A DNA stretch of 64,000 nt from an uncultured Bacilli bacterium (lineage in GTDB: Bacteria > Bacillota_I > Bacilli_A > RF39 > UBA660): assembly GCA_934119965.1 (NCBI GenBank), contig CAKOTA010000003.1, positions 24,488 to 88,487 on the forward strand. Reading direction: 5' to 3'. Below, piece after piece: positions 59,305-64,000 of this stretch. The translations under genes and the position numbers were made by a program. Position 1 is the first letter of the stretch. Each line of letters starts with the position of its first letter. A model generated the notes under the pieces. That model saw nothing but the letters and a program-made list of their open reading frames with translations, ran no database searches and was not told where the DNA came from.

Positions 59305-60948
59305 TTAATCTATTACATATGGATTTTGTAATGTACCATTACCTGATGTAACAGTAGTAGCAATATTTACCACTATTACTGGTCTTATTGCTAATTCATC
59401 AGAGATATTATTATCACTAACATACCCTGAGGCTTTAAGATTATCAGACAAAATTGTGGTATTATACCCTGTTATATAATATGCATTTGTTTCATTTGTA
59501 GTTTTATTAAGCACCCAATAATCTTTTGTTTCTGATATTGACGCACTTTGACTAGATAACATTTCACCTATTCTAATTAATCCTACTTTTGCTTTTATTT
59601 GACCATCTCTATTGTTTAATATGTCAATATATTTTTCTCCACCTATAAATCCTGTTCCTTGATACCAATCAGAATTTACAATTTTTTTTGAATTACTTAA
59701 CCAATCCAATACTTCATTATTCAAAAATTTTCCTATTCCTGATGAGACATCAAAACCAGTACTTGTTCCATACATAGTTGATGAATCATAGTAACCATCA
59801 TATATTAATTTTGTTCCCGTTGAATTTTTACTTACTACTCTATATATTTTATCATTCAAAGTTACATATTCACCACTAGTTGCGATTTTATTCAATTTTC
59901 CTGTTTGATCATTTATATCTTGACTCAATATATATGGATTAGCAATTGAGCCGTCACCACTATTAATAACTACATAGGGACTTATATTTATAACCGGTCT
60001 CACTCCTGCATAGGTATTAGCTCCCATATGGTTATATTTATTTTGAAGAATACTATTAGGAATAGTAGCATTATATGGTGTTAAAGTCCAAAAATGATCA
60101 TTAGTCCCTAAATAATATGTTGAATTTGTTATTGTTTCACTTAATGTAAATTCATCTGCACTTATCAATCCTACTTTTGCAGTTATTAATTTTCCACCCG
60201 TACAATCAGTTCTATTATATGGTCCAACGCTCTGATTAATACACCAATTACTATCTTGAATAATAGCATTTTTTTCACTACTTAGGTTACCTAGAAAATA
60301 ATCATTTAACCAATCTTTTAAATATCCTTCACTATCATAATTTAGTGTTGCAGATTCTTTTGCCCAAGCAACTGTTCCAACACTTTCTTGTGTAATTAAT
60401 CTAATTGTTCCATCTTCATTTAACCCCATTATTCGCCATAAAAAACCATTATACCAAACATAGTTATTTGTTTGAATTCCTTTTAAATATGTTCCATTCA
60501 TGTAATTATAATTTCCATAGGAATTGTTGTCAAGTAATTCTTGAGTAACTTTATTTATGTAAAAAGGTTCAAAATGTTTTTCTAATAGTTTATATTTATA
60601 TTCATTGTCATCATTCATAAATAATTCTACTGTATAATCTTCTTCTTTTACATTTTTTTTATTTTTAGGATCTGTAATTGTAGCTTTTAAATATCCAGAT
60701 TCTAATAATTCCGAAAAATATACATAAACTTTGCTTGAATTATAGTTTAAGGCTGGATATTTATTGATATTTTTTTGAACATATGCTTCAGTTGATAAAA
60801 ATATATCACTCAAAAATCTTTCATATTCATTTTCTCTCGCTTTTTTATAAACATTTGTTATTTCTGGAAAGACAATTAGAAAAATAATTGTCAAAACTGA
60901 TAAAACTACCAACATTTCTACTAAAGTGAAGCCCTTTTTATTCTTCAT
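59305..60948 (-). CDS. Prepilin-type protein with a large C-terminal two-module domain
   Basis: It begins MKNKKGFTLVEMLVVLSVLTIIFL. The pilin-like ~125 aa are paralogous to 58862..59227. Two modules follow, ending GVRPVINIS...SGDGSIANPYIL and AIRPVIVVN...SGNGTLQNPYVID. Confidence 0.7.
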   Translation of the reverse strand: MKNKKGFTLVEMLVVLSVLTIIFLIVFPEITNVYKKARENEYERFLSDIFLSTEAYVQKNINKYPALNYNSSKVYVYFSELLESGYLKATITDPKNKKNVKEEDYTVELFMNDDNEYKYKLLEKHFEPFYINKVTQELLDNNSYGNYNYMNGTYLKGIQTNNYVWYNGFLWRIMGLNEDGTIRLITQESVGTVAWAKESATLNYDSEGYLKDWLNDYFLGNLSSEKNAIIQDSNWCINQSVGPYNRTDCTGGKLITAKVGLISADEFTLSETITNSTYYLGTNDHFWTLTPYNATIPNSILQNKYNHMGANTYAGVRPVINISPYVVINSGDGSIANPYILSQDINDQTGKLNKIATSGEYVTLNDKIYRVVSKNSTGTKLIYDGYYDSSTMYGTSTGFDVSSGIGKFLNNEVLDWLSNSKKIVNSDWYQGTGFIGGEKYIDILNNRDGQIKAKVGLIRIGEMLSSQSASISETKDYWVLNKTTNETNAYYITGYNTTILSDNLKASGYVSDNNISDELAIRPVIVVNIATTVTSGNGTLQNPYVID

Positions 60949-61088
60949 ATTATCACCTAAGATGATTATAACAAAAAAATTAAAAGTTTTAAACTATTTA
61001 TACAATATCATTTTAAATTTATATAATTATTGTATATTTTAATAGTATATTGTTTTCAATTATGGTAAAATAAGATTGAGGTGATAAT

Positions 61089-62489
61089 ATGAACAAAAGT
61101 ATTCGTACTATATTTATGGTTTTGTTTTTACTTGTTCTAATTATTTGTAGTTTTCTTATTTCAAAAAAGAATCCAGATATTAAGAAAGATGAATCAAGTA
61201 TAAATTTTAAAACTTCTTATAATAAAAATAATACTGTTGATATAGTTGTTGAAACTAATGACAAAGACATCCAATATTCATTCGATAATGGAAAAACATG
61301 GCAAAAAGAAAATTCTTTTGTTGCTACTAAAAATGGAACTTATAATATCAAAATTAAGGATAGTAATGGTATTATAAAATCAACAAAATGTATTGTAAAT
61401 AAAATAGATGATGAAGGACCTGAATTATCTATAAATTTACCTCAGGAAATAACAGTTGGTGAAGAAATAAATTTAGCTGATTATGCAAAAATAACAAATA
61501 ATGATAAATTATCTGGAAATATTGTTATAACACCTAATAAAATAGATACTTCTACAAAGAACGACTATTATATTACTTATTCAGCCACTGATATTTATGG
61601 AAATACATCAACTAAAGAGGTAAAAATTAGAGTCGTAGATAAAGTAAATAATTCTGTCACAACAATATTTGGTAGCACTCTAAAACCAGCTGATGATAAA
61701 ACTTATTATAGATATAGAACTAAAAAAACTGTTACATATGATTGTAACGAATATGATTGTAGTTATTTGGATGTTTCTACTAAAGAAGTCGCTAATGTAA
61801 AATATAATAATCCAGATTGTCCTAATGGTGGAGCATATATAAATAATCCATGTCCTATAGGTAGTAGTTGTACAGCAAATATGGTATCAAGTAATAATTC
61901 AAAAGGAAATATTTGTTATAGCCGTAGTTACATATATGGTAAAAATTCATCAACAAATACAGGAAAAGAAAAAACTGAATGTACTGATGGTGAGATTAAA
62001 ATAGGTGATTATTGTCATAAAATTATGGCGATTGGAACTTATCCTGAAGGATGTACTGATAGTTCATGTGTTGAATTTCCTAGTGGTCCTTGTAATGGTG
62101 ATGATGGTCCTGAAATTAATACACCTTGTCCAATTGGAAAACAATGTGTAACAGTAATGACTAATACTTATAAGAGATATCAAAATTATTGTTATAATGT
62201 TTCGTATATTTATAATTATTCTTCGAATAATGCTTATGATAAATATGGTAATAAAGTTGTTTGTGATAGTGACGAAATTAAGATAGGTAACTATTGCCAC
62301 AAAATTATTGAAAAAGGTTCCTACTATTGTAATTCTAATGAAGAACTAAAAGATGGTTACTGTTATTCAAAAATTATAAAATCTTGTTCTAATAGTTGTA
62401 AAAAAGATGTTTGGAGTGAGTGGAGTGATTGGTCTACAATTCCAGTTAGCCCATCTCTTAATGTTGATGTTGAAACGAAATCCAATTAA
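61089..62489 (+). CDS. Signal-anchored Cys-rich surface protein with an Ig-like domain
   Basis: An N-terminal TM segment and an Ig-like segment (DDEGPELS...ITYSATDIYGNTSTKEVKIRVVD). There are two ~95-aa Cys-rich modules and a C-terminal WSEWSDWS. Confidence 0.55.
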   Translation: MNKSIRTIFMVLFLLVLIICSFLISKKNPDIKKDESSINFKTSYNKNNTVDIVVETNDKDIQYSFDNGKTWQKENSFVATKNGTYNIKIKDSNGIIKSTKCIVNKIDDEGPELSINLPQEITVGEEINLADYAKITNNDKLSGNIVITPNKIDTSTKNDYYITYSATDIYGNTSTKEVKIRVVDKVNNSVTTIFGSTLKPADDKTYYRYRTKKTVTYDCNEYDCSYLDVSTKEVANVKYNNPDCPNGGAYINNPCPIGSSCTANMVSSNNSKGNICYSRSYIYGKNSSTNTGKEKTECTDGEIKIGDYCHKIMAIGTYPEGCTDSSCVEFPSGPCNGDDGPEINTPCPIGKQCVTVMTNTYKRYQNYCYNVSYIYNYSSNNAYDKYGNKVVCDSDEIKIGNYCHKIIEKGSYYCNSNEELKDGYCYSKIIKSCSNSCKKDVWSEWSDWSTIPVSPSLNVDVETKSN

Positions 62490-62517
62490 AAAACTTTCAA
62501 AATGAAAGTTTTTTTGT
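62488..62517. terminator. Bidirectional terminator between the Cys-rich gene and gap
   Basis: AAACTTTC-AAAAT-GAAAGTTT flanked by A- and T-runs. Confidence 0.7.
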
Positions 62518-62541
62518 TGAAAAAAAATAAATAGTTTAAAA

Positions 62542-63555
62542 CTATTTATTCATTAATTTTCCTAAATACTTAGCTGTTCTAACCATTTGAGTAGTATAAC
62601 CCATTTCATTATCATACCAAGCAACTATTTTAACTAATTGTCTACCATCTGACTCTAATACTGATGTTGATAATCCATCAACTAAAGATCCTAGATGAGA
62701 TCCAATTATATCACTTGAAACAACTGGATCGTATGTTATATCAATTGTTTCATTTTTGTTGATTTCAAATACTTTATTAATATTTTCTACTGTTGTTTTT
62801 ACTTTTAGTTCTAGTGTTAAATCAATTACAGAACCTGTTGTTACTGGAACTCGCATTGCCATTCCATCTAATTTTCCTTCTAAATTAGGTAATACTCTAC
62901 CAATGGCAGCAGCAGCACCTGTTGTAGCTGGAATTATATTTGCAGCGGCAGCTCTTCCTCTTCTTGCTTTAATTCCTTTTTTATGTGGAACATCTAATGT
63001 AGCTTGATCATTCGTATATGCATGAACAGTAGTCATATATCCTTTTTCAATTTTAAAGTAATAATCTAATATTCTAAGTACTGGCGCTAAACAATTTGTT
63101 GTACAAGAAGCTGCAGATATAATTTCTTCACTTCCATCTAATGTTTTTTCATTAACGTTATAAACTATTGTTTTTAAGTCTCCTTTTGCTGGAGCACTGA
63201 TTATTACTTTTTTTGCTCCTGCTTCAATATGAGCGTGAGCAGCATCTTTATCAGTAAATTTTCCAGTACATTCAAATACGATATCTACATCTAATTCTTT
63301 CCAAGGTAAATTTTTAGGATCCATCTCAGAGTATATTCTGACTTTTCTTTCACCTACTACAATAGAATCTTCTGTATTGCTAATTTCATTTACTCTATAA
63401 TTTCTATGACTTGTATCATATTTTAATAAATAAGCTAGTTGTTCAGCATCAGTTAAATCGTTGATGGCAACTACTTCAAAATTTGGATCTTCTTCCATTA
63501 ATCTAAATACTAATCTACCTATTCTTCCAAATCCATTTATTGCGACTTTTATCAT
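62542..63555 (-). CDS. gap: Glyceraldehyde-3-phosphate dehydrogenase
   Basis: 337 aa with INGFGRIGR and the SCTTNCLAP active site. Confidence 0.95.
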   Translation of the reverse strand: MIKVAINGFGRIGRLVFRLMEEDPNFEVVAINDLTDAEQLAYLLKYDTSHRNYRVNEISNTEDSIVVGERKVRIYSEMDPKNLPWKELDVDIVFECTGKFTDKDAAHAHIEAGAKKVIISAPAKGDLKTIVYNVNEKTLDGSEEIISAASCTTNCLAPVLRILDYYFKIEKGYMTTVHAYTNDQATLDVPHKKGIKARRGRAAAANIIPATTGAAAAIGRVLPNLEGKLDGMAMRVPVTTGSVIDLTLELKVKTTVENINKVFEINKNETIDITYDPVVSSDIIGSHLGSLVDGLSTSVLESDGRQLVKIVAWYDNEMGYTTQMVRTAKYLGKLMNK

Positions 63556-63612
63556 TTTTATTCCCCTTTTCTATTCATATAATAATTCATTTTTTATTAA
63601 AATTTTGTCGTA

Positions 63613-64000
63613 TTATTTAAAGAAACAACTTTTTCCAATAAATTCTCTAAGTACTGAGTCTGAAGGAATGTTATCACTTGGTATTGGTAAGAAGTTTCTT
63701 AAGAAATTTATAAGTCTTAATGCCTCTGCATAACATTCATCATTTTCGTTAACTGAAAATAATAATGGCTCAGCGTATGTTTTTAATATACCGACTTCAT
63801 AAATAAGAGCTGAATTTAATATTACATCAACATCATCTTGATAAGGGAAGACATATTTTTCCTCTCCTTCTCTTATTGTTTTCCACATTTTTAATGTAGC
63901 TGCTGCTGAAGCTGATCTATATTGATTATCTCTAATTATTCTTCTTAATTTTCTTGTATCACTTGTATGTATACGATTGTGATTATCAATATTTAATTGT
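63613..64000 (-). CDS. Uridine-kinase-family nucleoside kinase, C-terminal part (5' end outside the window)
   Basis: The frame is open to the window edge. It reads ...RRIIRDNQYRS.SAAATLKMW..IREGEEKYVFPYQ...NSALIYE...LREFIGKS, typical of the long uridine-kinase-like proteins. Confidence 0.55.
   Translation of the reverse strand, partial: QLNIDNHNRIHTSDTRKLRRIIRDNQYRSASAAATLKMWKTIREGEEKYVFPYQDDVDVILNSALIYEVGILKTYAEPLLFSVNENDECYAEALRLINFLRNFLPIPSDNIPSDSVLREFIGKSCFFK

Overview
This is an AT-rich Bacillota-type chromosomal segment, about a quarter G+C by hand counts on a few stretches. It is transcribed almost entirely from the minus strand and uses the standard code: TGA acts as a stop at 696, 56693 and 58862, and Trp is TGG.

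Most of the window is housekeeping. It carries tex, dinB, pheS/pheT, tRNA-Asn and tRNA-Glu, dnaE, rpmB, tgt, ileS, divIVA, sepF, glyQS, yebC, prsA, recX, ssb, sufB, polA, uvdE, fhs, prmC, prfA and a gap/pgk/tpiA/gpmI glycolytic cluster. Spore-former markers are present: spo0A, a SigE/K-like sigma gene, YjcZ-type tiny peptides and a DUF421 protein. Two clear T-box leaders (Phe, Ile) and one T-box-like element (upstream of LOG-glyQS) were read directly from the sequence.

The parts that look unusual are:
1. The glycolytic cluster is a mosaic. Two prepilin-type genes, a glycolipid glycosyltransferase, a flippase-like gene and spo0A are wedged between the glycolytic genes, several with overlapping stop/start codons. 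gpmI runs without a stop into a TM helix plus a two-module ectodomain that is homologous to the C-terminus of the large pilin-like protein.
2. A tandemly duplicated module of about 431 bp between polA and uvdE has the layout of a type I toxin-antitoxin locus: a 27-aa hydrophobic peptide and a convergent antisense RNA.
3. A secreted FGE-sulfatase-domain gene has a last ~160 nt that is strikingly GC-rich and adenine-poor, like a DGR variable region. No template repeat or reverse transcriptase is visible in the window.
4. Two genes carry a single in-frame TAA, and one tandem paralogue is frameshifted in a homopolymer run.
5. LexA-type operators sit inside the dinB and recX promoters.

All product calls come from reading motifs by eye. 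No database search was run, so family names are recognitions, not hits. Start codons were moved from the ORF track where a Shine-Dalgarno sequence supports an internal ATG.
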